Of a stretch of DNA of 64,000 nt, positions 49,546 through 62,297 are shown piece after piece. This stretch comes from Squalus acanthias (lineage: Eukaryota), in assembly GCA_030390025.1 (NCBI GenBank), contig CM059433.1:23438001-23502000 (forward strand), in the 5' to 3' direction. A program made the translations under genes and the position numbers. Every line of letters starts with the position of its first letter. The stretch's first letter is position 1. The notes under the pieces were generated by a model. The model worked only from the letters and a program-made list of their open reading frames with translations, did no database searches and was not told where the DNA came from.

Positions 49546-49845
49546 AGAGCACCTCTCAAACCCACGACCTCTACCACCTAGAAGGACAAGGGCAGCAGGC
49601 GTATGGGAACACCATCACCTCCAAGTCACACACCATCCTGACTTGGAAATCTATCGCCATTCCTTCATCATCGCTGGGTCAAAATCCTGGAACTCCCTCC
49701 CTAACAGCACTGTAGGAGTACCTTCACCGCACGGACTGCAACGGTTCAGGATGGCGTCTCACCACCACCTTCTCGAGGGCGATTAGGGATGGGCAACAAA
49801 TGCTGGCATTGCCAGCAACGCCAACATCCCAGGAACGAATAAAAA
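49546..49845 (+). mobile_element. 3' fragment of the second LINE family
   Basis: Matches 36345-36640. Confidence 0.9.
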
Positions 49846-51939
49846 TATATATATATATATTTGACTGCACATAACAGATAAAAGAAGCCACAATATATGA
49901 TCGTTCATACATCGCAATTTCCCCATGTTGCCTGATTTTTCATTTAAAAGTAACACACCTCAGTTTATACCATTTGCACTCAAAAGAGTAAAATTTTCCT
50001 GACTGCAGTGCAAATATACTATGTCATAGCGTTTTAGAATTTACATATAAATTGCACATTTGTATCAGTTATGCTTGAGACGAAACCATGCAAGAAGATT
50101 AGGCACACTGGACTTGGACTGTGGTTGGAATATGCCAGCAATTTTCACTCTGGATGTTTGTTGATTTGTTTTTATCAATTGGATATTCATTAGCATATTC
50201 AAGAGATCAAAAAAAGGGGGTTAGCTAATTTAGAGAAATTAACCAAAGTTGTAGTATCATTACACAATCTGTAGTTTTTCCCCGACCTTCATACAAAGCA
50301 CTAGGATTCTGCTGCTTCTCCCACAGCAAACCTGGTTTGATTTTAGCACAGTGCTTTGAACTATCAAACAAGGCTTGCTTTCTTGCAACCATTTTCCCCA
50401 CAGCAGATTTGACTGACATCTTTGAGGAATCACCTCCTCAGAGCACCGCCTTTATCATGCTGATGAGCAGGAGACAGATGTTAGGGTAATGTGCATACGT
50501 GCGGATTCTGGCTGCTGGCCCAGAATCAAAATAAATAAAAATGCACCACAATATCTTTTGTTCATTGGAAAATAGAGCTGATGAATATTTTTGGAAAGAG
50601 TCGTTTAGAAAAACGAATGGAAAATAATTATAATTCATGTTACTAATTAAACAGCCAAGAAGTTGGCAGTAGAGGTGATTCCCTAATCAGCTAATGACAC
50701 TGTGGTAGCCTACAGAGACCACAATTCAAAACTATTATAAATCAGTGATGCCTAATATGGAGCAAACTATAGATTTAGAAAGGAAACTGTATACCCTTAG
50801 TCACTGTAGACTTATGATTGAATACAACCTAAGAGAAGGTTATTATGATCTTTTATATTTCAGCGACAAAAACAACTTTGATAATTAAGTAATATCAATA
50901 CAGGGTTACTTGACAAAACAGATCCCCAGCAGAGAGCTGAGCTGAACTTGGCATCTGTTCAGTCAGTCGCCTCAAGGACAGAGGATCTGAAGAGCTGTAA
51001 TTTTGACTGTTGAAGTTGGAATTCTTCTGTGAAGGAAATAGAGGGAGAGAGAGAGCGAGAGGAGGAAGGAGAGCGAGAGAGAGAGATAGAGAGAGAGAGA
51101 AATAGAGTATCATTGTTCTCTATCTAACCATCACTTGGTGAATTGGAAAAGTGCACAAAATAACATTACTGTTTCCATCCTTAGCAGTGAGGGGTAATGT
51201 TCCAACATGTACCTCCAGTGAGTGAGGCTCCTGCCGACGGCAAAAAGTGACCTCTTTGAATCAATTTCAAGAAAGCCGCACATATGGACAGGCTTGTATT
51301 CATTATTTTTATGCATTAGCTACATGAGCTGCAGCACAGAACGTAACCACAGATCGCAACGTTAAATGAGTGGATCGTGAACAGAATGGGAAGTTGAGAA
51401 TTTGGTGAGAGTGAGGCGCTCTGGTAAGTAGTGGGTGAGTAGGTCAAACTGAAATTTAGTCTTAACATTTAGGCCTGGAATCTGCGGTCAGCGGTGAAGC
51501 AAAGGCGTTCGCTGCTGGCTCCGCTTCGCACAAAGATCTCGCGATCTCTGTGTCGAGAAGTTCAGCTTTTCCGACACGTAATTGAAATCAACGTAAGTTA
51601 ATGGGGATTCCCAGCGAAGAGCTGGTGTGACGTCAACAAGCTGTCTAAGCAGCCAATCAAAACACAGAATTCTCCCAGACAACGAATCAGGAAGTGAGTA
51701 AGCTCTTAAAATTCTAACTTTTTAAAATGTTAGAGAGACCAAAACAAAGATTGGGCCTCTCAGTTGGGGAAAAGGCAAACCTGAAATAAAGATGAACAAA
51801 CTTTAAAAAAAACTATTTTTTTTAAAGTTGCTTAAAAATTTTAATTTTTATTAAAATGGATAAATTTCACACTGCACAAAATGAGTTTTTCAGGGCCAAT
51901 ACGCTGTTCAAACCCCAGTTACACCTAATCCCTTTGGGT

Positions 51940-54513
51940 CTAACTTGGTTGCAAGGTGACCAAGGCTGGGAGCTGAATATTCAGGGGTATTTGACATTTC
52001 AGAAGGATAGACAGAAAGGAAAAGGAGGTGGAGTAGCTCTGTTAATAAAGGATGAGATCAGTGCAGTGGTGAGAAATGATATTGGCTCAGAATATCAAGA
52101 TGTAGAATCAGTTTGGGTGGAGATAAAAAATAGTATGGGCAAGAAGTCACTGGTGGGAGTTGTCTATAGAGCCCCTAACAATAGCTGCACTGTAGGACAG
52201 AGTATAAATCAATAAATAATGGGGGCTTGTAAGAAAGGTACTGCAATAATCATGGGCGATTTTAATCTTCATATAGATTGGGCAAATCAAATTGGCAAGG
52301 GTAGCCTTGAGGACGAGTTCATAGAATATATTCGGGATGGTTTCTTAGAACAATACGTTGTGGAACCAACCAGGGCGCAGGCTATTTTAGATCTGGTAAT
52401 GTGTAATGAGGCAGGATTAATTAATGATCTCATTGTAAAGGATCCTCTAGGGAAGAGTGATCATAGCATGATTGAATTTCAAATTCAGTTTTAGGGTGAG
52501 AAACTTGTGTCTGAAACTAGTGTCCTAAACTTAAATAAAGGCAATTACAAAGGTGTGAAGACAGAGTTGGCCAAAGTGGACTGGGAAAATAGATTAAAGG
52601 GTAAGACGGTAGATAAGCAGTGGCAGACATTTAAAGAGATATTTCATAACTCTCAGCAAAGGTTTATTCCAGTGAGAAAGAAAGACTATATGAGAAGGAT
52701 GAACAATCTGTGGCTAACTAAGGAAGTTAAGGATGGTATCAAATTGAAGGAAAAGGCATACAATGTTGCAAAGATTAGTGGTAGACCAGAGGATTGGGAA
52801 ATTTTTAGAAACCAGCAAAGGATGACTAAAAATATAATAAAGAGGGAGAAGATAGATTATGAGAGTAAACTAGCTAAAAATATAAAAACAGACAGTTAGG
52901 CCGCGATTTTATTAATGAAGGCGGGTTGAGTGCGGGACAGCTCGTTTCCGGCTTCCAGACCCGCCCCCAGCTGCATCTGCTCCACAGATGTGATTTTGCC
53001 TTGATTGATCTTGTTAAGCTCACCCTGCGGGCTTGCCGGCCAATTAACAGGAAGCGGGTCTGATGACATCATTTGATGACACGTCATCTGCCGGTTTCCT
53101 TAAAGGGACCACGCACAATTTTATTTTGGCAGTTGATTTCTCAGTGTTTGACAGCATTGAGGTGCTGAAAACACTGACAATCACTGCACAAAGGTGACCT
53201 CTTGCACCCAGGCTCTCCAATGACTCCCTCCACATTCTGGAATAGATGGCAGCTGCAGGTGAGATAACAGAAGCGATCTGTCATTGGTGAAAGAGGTTCT
53301 CCCAATGAGGTGGCACTGGACATATAGTTGGATTTAAAAACTTGTAAGCTAAAGAAATCTGTATATGTTTTAAAAATGCAGTAACCAACATTTTCTTTGC
53401 TCTGAAACTCACCACGTGCAACATTGCATCCTTCACACCACTTCTGCAGCTGTCATCTTTTCACGAACATTACACCAGACTCACAACACGCCACACTTAC
53501 CTGGCGTGGTGTCCGGACATCGGGAAACCTGACCCAGAAGCGGGAAAATCGAAAAACAGGCTGAACACTACTGACAAGTACCTGTTAATAGGCAGGTAAT
53601 TGCCTTTAATCCATTTCCCACCACTAGGTTTTGGGTCCATTCGCAAATCGGGGACCCGACACTTGGGAAGGCTGTTTGGAGGTGGGTTGGCGGTGGGTTC
53701 GTGAAGTATAATGTGGGAAAATGTGAGGTCATCCACTTTGGTAGGAAGAATAAAAAAGCAAAATATTATTTAAATGGAGAGAGACTACAGAATGCTGCGG
53801 TACAGAGGGATTTGGGTGTCCTCGTACATGAAACACAAAAAGTTAGCATGCAGTAATTGGGAGGGCAAATAGAATATTGGCCTTTATTGCAAGGGGGATG
53901 GAGTATAAAAGTAGGGAAGTCTTGCTACAACTGTACAGGGCGTTGGTGAGACCACACCTGGAGTACTGCGTGCAGTTTTGGTCTCCTTATTTAAGGAAGG
54001 ATATACTTGCATTGGCGGCAGTTCAGAGAAGGTTCACTAGGTTGATTCCTGAGTTGAAGGGGTTGTCTTATAAAGAAAGGTTGAGCAGGTTGGGCCTATA
54101 CTCATTGGAGTTTAGAAGAATGAGAGGTGATCTTATTGAAGCATATAAGATTCTGAAGGCGCTTGACAGGGTAGATGCAGAGAGGATGTTTCCCCTCGTG
54201 GGGAGTCTAGAACTAGGGGGCATAGCTTCAGAATAAGGGGCCGCCCATTTAAAATGGAGATGAGGAGGAATTTCTTCTCTCAGAGGGTCGTGACTCTTTG
54301 GAATTCTCTACCCCAGAGAGCTGTGGAGTCATTGAATATATTCAAGGTGGAGATAGACAGATTTTTGAAAAGCAGGGGAGTCAAGGGTTATGGGGAGCAG
54401 GCAGGAAAGTGGAGTTGAGGCCAAGATCAGATCCACCATGATCTTATTGAATGGCGGAGCAGGCTCGAGGGGCCAAATGGCCTACACATGCTCCTATTTC
54501 TTATGTTCTTATG
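51940..54513 (+). mobile_element. CR1 ORF2 remnant (APE part and 3' end; RT core missing)
   Basis: GKGGGVALLIK, IIMGDFNLH, GKSDHSMI, RPHLEYCVQFWSPYL, TTCTTATG tail. Confidence 0.92.
52899..53703. mobile_element. Harbinger-type MITE (family 2-related) inside CR1
   Basis: Begins TTA|GGCCGCGATTTT. Shares blocks with 10923-11738. Right end unclear. Confidence 0.55.
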
Positions 54514-54824
54514 TTAATGGGGTATTTAACAGCGATATTACCACAGAAGAGCCAAATCTTTTGACAGTTTCCATGATTTGAGAGATTTCACTGATTGCCG
54601 GCTTTGTGGTTGGGGGGTGCGGGGGGCACAGCGCAGCCAGTGTCGGAGCAGTGAATGACTGACCGCAACTCCATGATTTCTGCGTTAGGCTGCGCATGCA
54701 CTAAATCCTGAAGTCGTGGTCAGTTTCAAAGGCAAAATGACGCCGAACACTGCCAGTTCACCATCATCAGGACCGCAAATTCTGTGCCCTGGAATTTAAG
54801 TTAGAACTTTAAAAATTGCAAGAC

Positions 54825-54893
54825 AGTTAGCAGTTAAAAGTGCAAGATGGCTTAGCAGTTAGCAGTTAAGCAGTTAGCAGTTAAGAGTTAGCA
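54825..54893. repeat. Short tandem repeat (AGTTAGC)n
   Basis: Repeated AGTTAGC/AGTTAAG units upstream of the CR1 5' UTR. Confidence 0.8.
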
Positions 54894-54894
54894 G

Positions 54895-57800
54895 TGGATC
54901 GTGAACAGAGTGGGAAGTTGAGAATTTGGTGAGAGTGGGAATTCGGTGCTGAGGGGGAAGAGGTGCTCCTTTTCTCTATGAACATTTGTAGTGGTTTGTG
55001 TAAGCCTGAGGCAGTAAGTACTTAAAACTAGGAACCTATAACTAATATTTTATTAAATTATTAATTTTAATGAGTTAAATTAATTTGTTTAAGAAAAACA
55101 ATAAAATAAACCAAGTGAATTAATTACATAAAACTTTAATTAATTAAATATATAAAACAAGGTTAGATAGAAATGGCAGTCCAGGAGGTGCGTCGCATCT
55201 GCAGCATGTGGAAGTTTGTAGGGAGCAGCGTGATCCCAGGCAACCACACCTGCAGTAAGTGTCTGCAACTCGAGGAACTTCCACTCAGAGTGTTGAGCTG
55301 GATTCTGAGGTGCAGACATTGCGATGCCAGAGGGAGGGGGAGAGTTACCTGGACATTTTGACCCAGGACACAGTCACACCCCTTAGGTTAAGTAGTGGTT
55401 TAGATTTGGTTAGTTGTCAGGGACAGGAGGATGTGACTGCGACTCAGGCCTGTAAGGGACCGCAGATGCAGTGTGGAGGAGCATCAGCCTTTGCCGTTGT
55501 CCAACAGGTACAAGGTACTTGCTACCGGTGTGAATGAGAACAAAGAATGCAGGGAGGATGGGCAAATTGACCATGGCACCGTGGTACAAGAGACCATTCA
55601 AGTGGGGGGAGCGAAAAGGAATGTGGTAGTTGTAGCGGATAATATAGTCAGGGGATAGATGCTGTTCTCTGCAGCCACAACCGGGAGTCCCGAAGGCTGT
55701 GTTGCCTGCCTGGTGCCAGGGTTAAGGGCATCTCCTCGCAGCTAGAGAAGAACTTGGAGAAGGAGGGAGAGGATCCCATTGGAGTGGTCCACATAGGAAC
55801 CAATGGCATAGGTAGAACTAGGAATGAGGTTCTGTTGAGGGAGTTTCAGGAGCTAGGGTACAAATTAAAAAGCAGAACCTCAAAGATAATAATTTCTGGA
55901 TTACTACCTGAGGCACCTGCAAATTGGCATAAGGACAAACAGATTAGAGGTTTAAATGCATGGCTGAAAGAGTGGTGTGGGAGGCAGGGGTTTCAATTCA
56001 TGGGGCACTGGCCCCAGTACTGGGGAAAGAGGGAGCTGTTCTGTTGGGACAGACTCCACTTAAACTGGGCTGGGACCAGTGCCTTGGAGAAACAAATAAC
56101 TAAGGCAGTAGACAGGGCTTTAAACTAATAAGGCGGAGGGACGGTTCAGGTAAGGGTAAATTTATAAGTCTGAAGAGAAAAGTCAAGGCTGTAGAGCTGA
56201 GTAATGATTTGGATAAAATCAAGCTGATTGTGCCAGGAAGGGACAGAGAGTTTAACAACAGTAATAGGCCATTAGCGACTAAGGCTACCTCAGGAAAAAA
56301 ATGCAAAAAGTTAAAATTAAAGGCACTATATCTGAATGCACGAAGCATTCATAAGATAGATGAATTAATGGCACAAATAGAGATAAATGAGTTTGATCTA
56401 GTAGCCATTACTGAGACATGGTTGCAGGGTGACCAAGGTTGGGAACTAAATGTTCTAGTGTACTTGACTTTTAAAAAAGATAGGCAAAATGGAAAAGGAG
56501 TTGGAGTAGCCCTGATAATAAAGGATGAGATAAAGGCAGTAGTGAGAAAGGATCTTAGCCCGGAAAATCAGGATGTAGAATCAGTATTGGTGGAGCTAAG
56601 AAATAACAAAGGGCAGAACATAAGAACATAAGAAATAGGAGCAGGAGTAGGCCATTCGGCCCTTCGAGCCTGCTCCACCATTCAATGAGATCACGGCTGA
56701 TCTTCTGCCTCAACTCCATTCACCGGCCCTATTGCCATATCCCTTTACTAGTCAGAAACCTATCAACTTCTGTTTTGCATATACCCAATGACTGAGCCTC
56801 CACAGCCCTCTAGGGTAGAGAATTCCAAAGATTCACCACCCTCTGTATGAAGAAATGTCTTCTCATCTCAGTCCTGAATGGCCTTCCCTTTATCCTGAGG
56901 CTGTGGCTCTGGTTCTAGACTCCCCAGCCAAGGGAAACATTCTCCCAGAATCCATCCTATCAAGCCCTGTAATAATTTTGTATGCTTCAATGAGATCCCC
57001 TCTCATTCTTCTGAATTCAAGAGAATACAGGCCTAGTTTACTCAATCTCTTCTCATACGACAGTCCCGCCATCCCAGGAATCAATCTCGTGAACCTTCGT
57101 TGCACTCCCCCTATGGCAAGTATAACACTGGTGGGAGAAGTTTATATGACCTCTAGCAGTAATCATGGTGTTGGACAGAGTAAAAAATCAGGAAATTAGA
57201 GGAGCATGTAACAAGGGTAATGCAATACTCCTTGGGGCCTTTAATCTACATATAGACTGGGCAAATCAAATTGGCAAAAGTAGCTTGGAGGACAAGTTCA
57301 TGGAATGCATTCGAGACAGTTTTCTAGAACAATATGTTGAGGAATCAACTAGGGAACAAGCTATTTTAGACCTAGTATTGTGTAATGAGACAGGGTTAAT
57401 TAGTAATCTTAAATAAAATGATAATCAGGGGAAGAGTGATCATAATATGATAGAATATCATATTAAGTTTGAGAATGATGCGGTTAAGTCTGAAACTAGG
57501 GCCTTAATTTAAACAAAGCCAATTACACAGGTATGCGGGGCAAGTTGGCTGAGGTAGATTGGGAAATTAGATTAAAAGATACGATGGTAGATAAGCAATG
57601 GCAAACATTTAAAGAAATAATTCAGAATTTTTAATGCATATACATTCTCTTGTGGAATATAAAGTCCACTGGAGAAGTGGTACAACAATGATTAACTAGA
57701 GAAGTTAAGGATAGTATTAGATTAAAGGAAGAGGCTTATAATGTTGCCAAAAAGAGTAGTAAACCTGAAAATTGGGAGGGTTTTAAAAATCAGCAAGAAT

Positions 57801-59396
57801 GACCAAGAAATTGATAAAGAGAGAGAAAATAGAATATGAGAGTAAACTATCAAGAAATATAAAAACAGATTGTAAGAGCTTTTACAAGTATGTAAAAAGG
57901 AAGAGATTAGCAAAAATAAACATGGGTCCCTTAGAGGCAGAGACAGGAGAAATTATAATGGAGTTTAAGGAAATGGCAGAGACGTTAAACAAATATTTTG
58001 TATCTGTCTTCACAGTAGAAGACACAAAGAACATAATGTGGGGAACGAAGAGTCTAATGAGAATGATGAACTTAAAGTAATTGCTATTAGTAATGAAAGA
58101 GTACTGGAGAAATTAATGGGACTAAAAGCCAACAAATACCCTGGACCTGATGGCCTACATCCTAGGGTTTTAAAAGAGGTGGCTGCTGAGATCGTGGATG
58201 CATTGGTGTTGATCTTCCAGAATTCCCTAGACTCTAGAACAGTCCCCATGGATTGAAAGGTATCAAATATAACCCCGCTGTTCAAGAAAGGAGGGAGAGA
58301 TAAAAAAGGGAGCTATAGGCCAGTTAACCTAACATCAGTGGTAGGGAAACTGCTTGAATCTATTAAGTAAAAGGTCGCTTGGAAAAACACAATATGATTA
58401 GGCAGAGTCAACATGGTTTTATGTAAAGGAAGTCATGTTTGACAAATCTATTAGAGATTTTTGAGGGTGTAATTAGCAGGGTAGATAAGGGGGAACCAAT
58501 GGATGCACTATATTTGGATTTTCAGAAGGCATTCGATAAGGTGCCACAAAAGACGTTGTTACCCAAGATTAGGGCTCATGGGATTGGGGGTAATATATTA
58601 GCATGGATTGACGATTGGTTAGCGGACAGAAAACAAAGGGTAGGAATAAACAGGTAATTTTCAGGATGGCAGGCTGCAACTAGTGGAGTGCCACAAGATC
58701 AGTGCTTGGGCATCAGCCATTTACAAGCTATATCAAATGAGTGGACCAAATGTAATATATCCAAGTTTGCTGATGATACAAAGCTAGATAGAAAAGCAAG
58801 TTGTGAGGAGGACGTAAAGAGAGTGCAAAGGGATGTAGACCAGTCAAGTGATATGGCAAGAAGCTGGCAGATGGAGTATAATGTGGGGAAGTGCAAAATT
58901 ATCCACTTTGGTAGGAAGAATGGAAAAGCAGATTTTTTTTAAAGGCGAGAGACTTGTTGGTGTTCAGAGGGATTTGGGTGCCCTTGTACACAAATCACAG
59001 AAAGTTAACATGCAGGTACAGCAAGCAATTAGGAAGGTAAATGGTATGTTAGCCTTTATTGCAAGGGTGTTGCAGTATAAGAGTAAGGAAGTCTTGCTAC
59101 AATTATATAGGGCTTTGGTGAGACCACACCTGGAGGACTGTGCACAGCTTTGGTCTCTTTATCTAAGGAAGGATAAACTTGCCTCAGAGGTAGGGCAACC
59201 AAGGTTCATTAGATTGATTCCTGGGATGAGAGGGCTGTCCTATAAGGAGAGATTGAGTAGAATGGGCCTATACTCTCTGGAGTTTAGAAGAATAGAGGTG
59301 ATCTCATTGAAACATATAAAATTCTTAGAGGGCTTGACAGGGTAGATGCTGAGAGGCTGTTTCCCCTGGCAGTAGAGTCTAGAACTAGGGGTCATA
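54895..59396 (+). mobile_element. Second near full-length, heavily decayed CR1
   Basis: ORF1 remnants (CSMW...CSKC, VVHIGTNGIG) and ORF2 remnants (YLNARSI, AITETWL, PGPDGLHPRVLKE, DFQKAFDKV, KFADDTK). Confidence 0.93.
56616..57124 (-). mobile_element. CR1 3' fragment nested in the CR1 APE domain
   Basis: QRRFTRLIPGMAGLSYEKRL on minus. The host CR1 resumes at 57125. Confidence 0.92.
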
Positions 59397-61275
59397 GGGC
59401 AAGAAATTCATATACTTACCGCCACCTGTTAGCGCCAGCGATTCTCGAAAAAATGGCAGCTGCCGCTCTTCCGCCAGCTGGAGGCAGTCCCTGTGATGGC
59501 CTCCATATTTGTTGGCCCCTTAGCGATGCCAGTAACCAGCAGCGCCCTGTAAAAAAAAAATGGCGGTGTGGTGACGTCAGTCGGCGTGCAACTCCGACTT
59601 AATGTCACCTACGCGAACTTTGAACCTAGCACTCAATTCAGCGCTGAGTACCTGGCGTGTAAGCAGGCTGACAGACGCTGACAGGGGCGATATCTGCAGC
59701 TGTTAAAGGGACACACACATCAATCTGGTAAGTTTGAATGGAAGGGTTTGGCCTTGGGTTTTTGGATTTTATTGAAGTAGTGACTTGCTGCAATATATGT
59801 GAAAAGTTTTTTAAGTGTTTTGGGAGTGCTGCTGGATGCTTGCAAGGGCTCGGATGGTAAGTGAACAACTCTGAGAAGACAGAACATGCTGCGAATACTC
59901 AGCAGGTCACGCTACATCCGTGGAGTTCACGTCTCAAGTCAACCTGCTGCCTGACCAACTGAATATTTGCAGCATCTTATGCTGTAATTTCACATTTACA
60001 GCATCCGCTTGCAGAGAGAAGAGGAAGACGCAGAAGAGGAAGACGCAGAAGAGGAAGACGCAGAAGAGGAGGAAGCTGAAGAGGAGGAATCAGCCGGAAG
60101 GATGCATCCCAGACAGCCCCTTTGTGGCCGGGATATCGGGGATGGAATCATCTGCCTATGGTCCCATTGGCTGGACAGGCTACCTCTTCTTGTTGACCCA
60201 CTGGCTGGGCAGGCTGCATTTCTTGGATGTGTGAAATGAGGAAGACACATGACGAGAGGGTGGGAAATCTACAGATGCATGCCAGAAGCGGGATAACTTA
60301 CGAGGGTACCCGGACCTTGTATCCTTTCAGCCCCAGCGTTGGCCAAGGGCTCAGCCATGCCCCTGCCAAGAATGGCCTGCACCGTCTCCTCCAAAGGGGT
60401 GAGGTGATGCTAGGAATGGTGGATGAGCCTCATCATTGGTGCAGATTGTTGGTAGGTGAGCGATTGGGGGTCCTACATTGAGCAGTGTGTGTGGCTAGTG
60501 GTGCCGTTGGTAGGTGACGGCTTTTGAAGATGCATTCACTGACCTTGACCAGTGGTCTGATGTCATGAAGCTTCTTTGGGTACTGGAGCCAGGTGGTGGG
60601 GGCGACACTGCTGGCAGTGACGACCTTGGTAATGTGTTCCCACATTGTTTTTCTGGAGGGCCTCCTGGCCCCTGTGGGTAGAGAGCCTGTCTTGCAGTGT
60701 TTACCCCCTGCACAAAGCTGGAGTGCTGCATGTGAGACACTCGGTGCCCCTTCCCTGGCTTGCTGAGCCATTTGTGTTAGTGCTGAGGCAGTTTTCCCAT
60801 TTGTTCAGTTTAGGAAGGTAATTCAGCTTTAAGAGCTGAATAATCACATTTGGAACTTCTTTTAAATATTGAATATTTGTTAAAAAAAAAAGACAGAACG
60901 GGCTGAAAAATGTATTGAATCAGTGCATTTTATTTTGTCTTGCTTCAATGTGCCTGGCCCCTTTAAATTTCAGAGCTCCTCACTGCCCACAATGCATTGC
61001 GAGCTTCACAGCCTCGCACACGGACGCTCGGGGAAGCAGCAACGCCGCACCAGGACTACAAATGCCGGCGGGTGGCCCAATCAATTTTGGTGGTCAAGCC
61101 TCATCTAAAGATAACAGGAGATTTGTCGTCGCTACTCATGCTGCTTATAGGCGGCTCACTATTTGGGAGTGCGGGAAATCCAGTGGGTCAGATGCTCATC
61201 GTGGGCCGGCAGCAACACCTCAAAGGGAAGGGCTGGAAGCATCAGGGGTTAAACGGAACTGCAGATTTCAATGGC
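59397..61275. mobile_element. Internally deleted Harbinger copy D
   Basis: Left end GGGCAAGAAATTC. Acidic transposase tail at about 60010-60150. Myb exon 1 on minus 60771-60544 (W.HITKVV...YPKKLHDI). Right end approximate. Confidence 0.7.
59880..59985. repeat. Inverted-repeat relic, Penelope-associated type
   Basis: ATGCTGCGAATACTCAGCAGGTCA ... TGACCAACTGAATATTTGCAGCAT. Confidence 0.5.
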
Positions 61276-61382
61276 AGGGAACTTTTAGAAGCACACACAG
61301 CAGGAAGTTGATGAACGTATGGAAGTCTTCCAAATTCTCTAAAGACTGAGGAAAAAATGAGTGCCAGACCTTCATTCAGCTT

Positions 61383-61685
61383 ATTTTTAAATTCATTCAC
61401 GGATGTGGGCGTCGCTGGCAAGTCCAGCATTTATTGCCCATCCCTAATTGCCCTTGAGAAGGTGGTGGTGAGGGAAGTTAAGAGTCAACCACATTGCTGT
61501 AGGTCTGGAGTCACATATAGACCAGGCAAGAAGAGCAGATTTCCCTCCCTAAAGTGAACCAGGTGGGTTTTTAACAACAATCCGGTAGTTTCATGGTCAC
61601 CATTACTGATACTAGCTTTTTATTCCAGATTTATTTCATTAACTGAATTTAAATTCCCCAGCTGCCATGGTGGGATTTGAACTCT
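61383..61685 (-). mobile_element. tRNA-derived SINE with LINE-shared tail
   Basis: Minus strand B-box GAGTTCAAATCCC near 61672-61684. Body as at 44015-44310. Confidence 0.7.
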
Positions 61686-62297
61686 TAGGGCTGCATTTTG
61701 CCGGCGCTCAGAGTGCGGGTCCGCTGTCAAAATAGCAAAGATTGACAGCGGGTAGGAAACCTGCTGTCAACCCGACACCAAGGGGGCGATTTTCTGACGT
61801 CGGAGGAGGCGGATTTGGAGGCGGGAAAGGCGGGAAAATCAGAATCAATGAGGGTGGGTTCAGAACCCGCCTCTGCGGGATTTTGCCGGTGCCGGTTTTG
61901 GAGGTCGGGAAACAGTCCCGCCTCCAGCTGGCCATAGCGCTAGTTAACACCATTAAATGTTTGTTAAGGGCCTCTCTAAGCCTATTTTGCGAGGCTCTCG
62001 TGATTTTTCGACCATTTCGGCGTGTTCCACGACCCTTCTAAACCACGCCAGCTAAACCTGGCAGGTTGACAAGTGGGTGATCTCCTCAGAGCTGCAGGTC
62101 CAACAATAAATCGTTTATTTCATCAGGGATTAGTTGCAGGTGGCAGATCTTTCCATTAAAAGGTGTTTGAGCACTTTTCGAAGGCCTTCCGAAGTCAGAG
62201 GTGCTGCAGCTTGAAGTTATCAACTGTGGGACCTCCTTGGAAGACCCTCTCCCCGTTTGTTATGAGCGCTTCCCCAACGGAGGCATCTGCAAGCAGC

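Larger units (their letters stand above)
51472..54789. mobile_element. Non-autonomous DNA transposon (family 3) with nested CR1
   Basis: Termini GGCCTGGAATCTGCGGTC / GACCGCAAATTCTGTGCCC. Confidence 0.6.

Noticed and set aside
54825..54893. AGTTAGC repeats as a CRISPR array or telomere
   Set aside because: 7-bp units with no spacers, and not TTAGGG.
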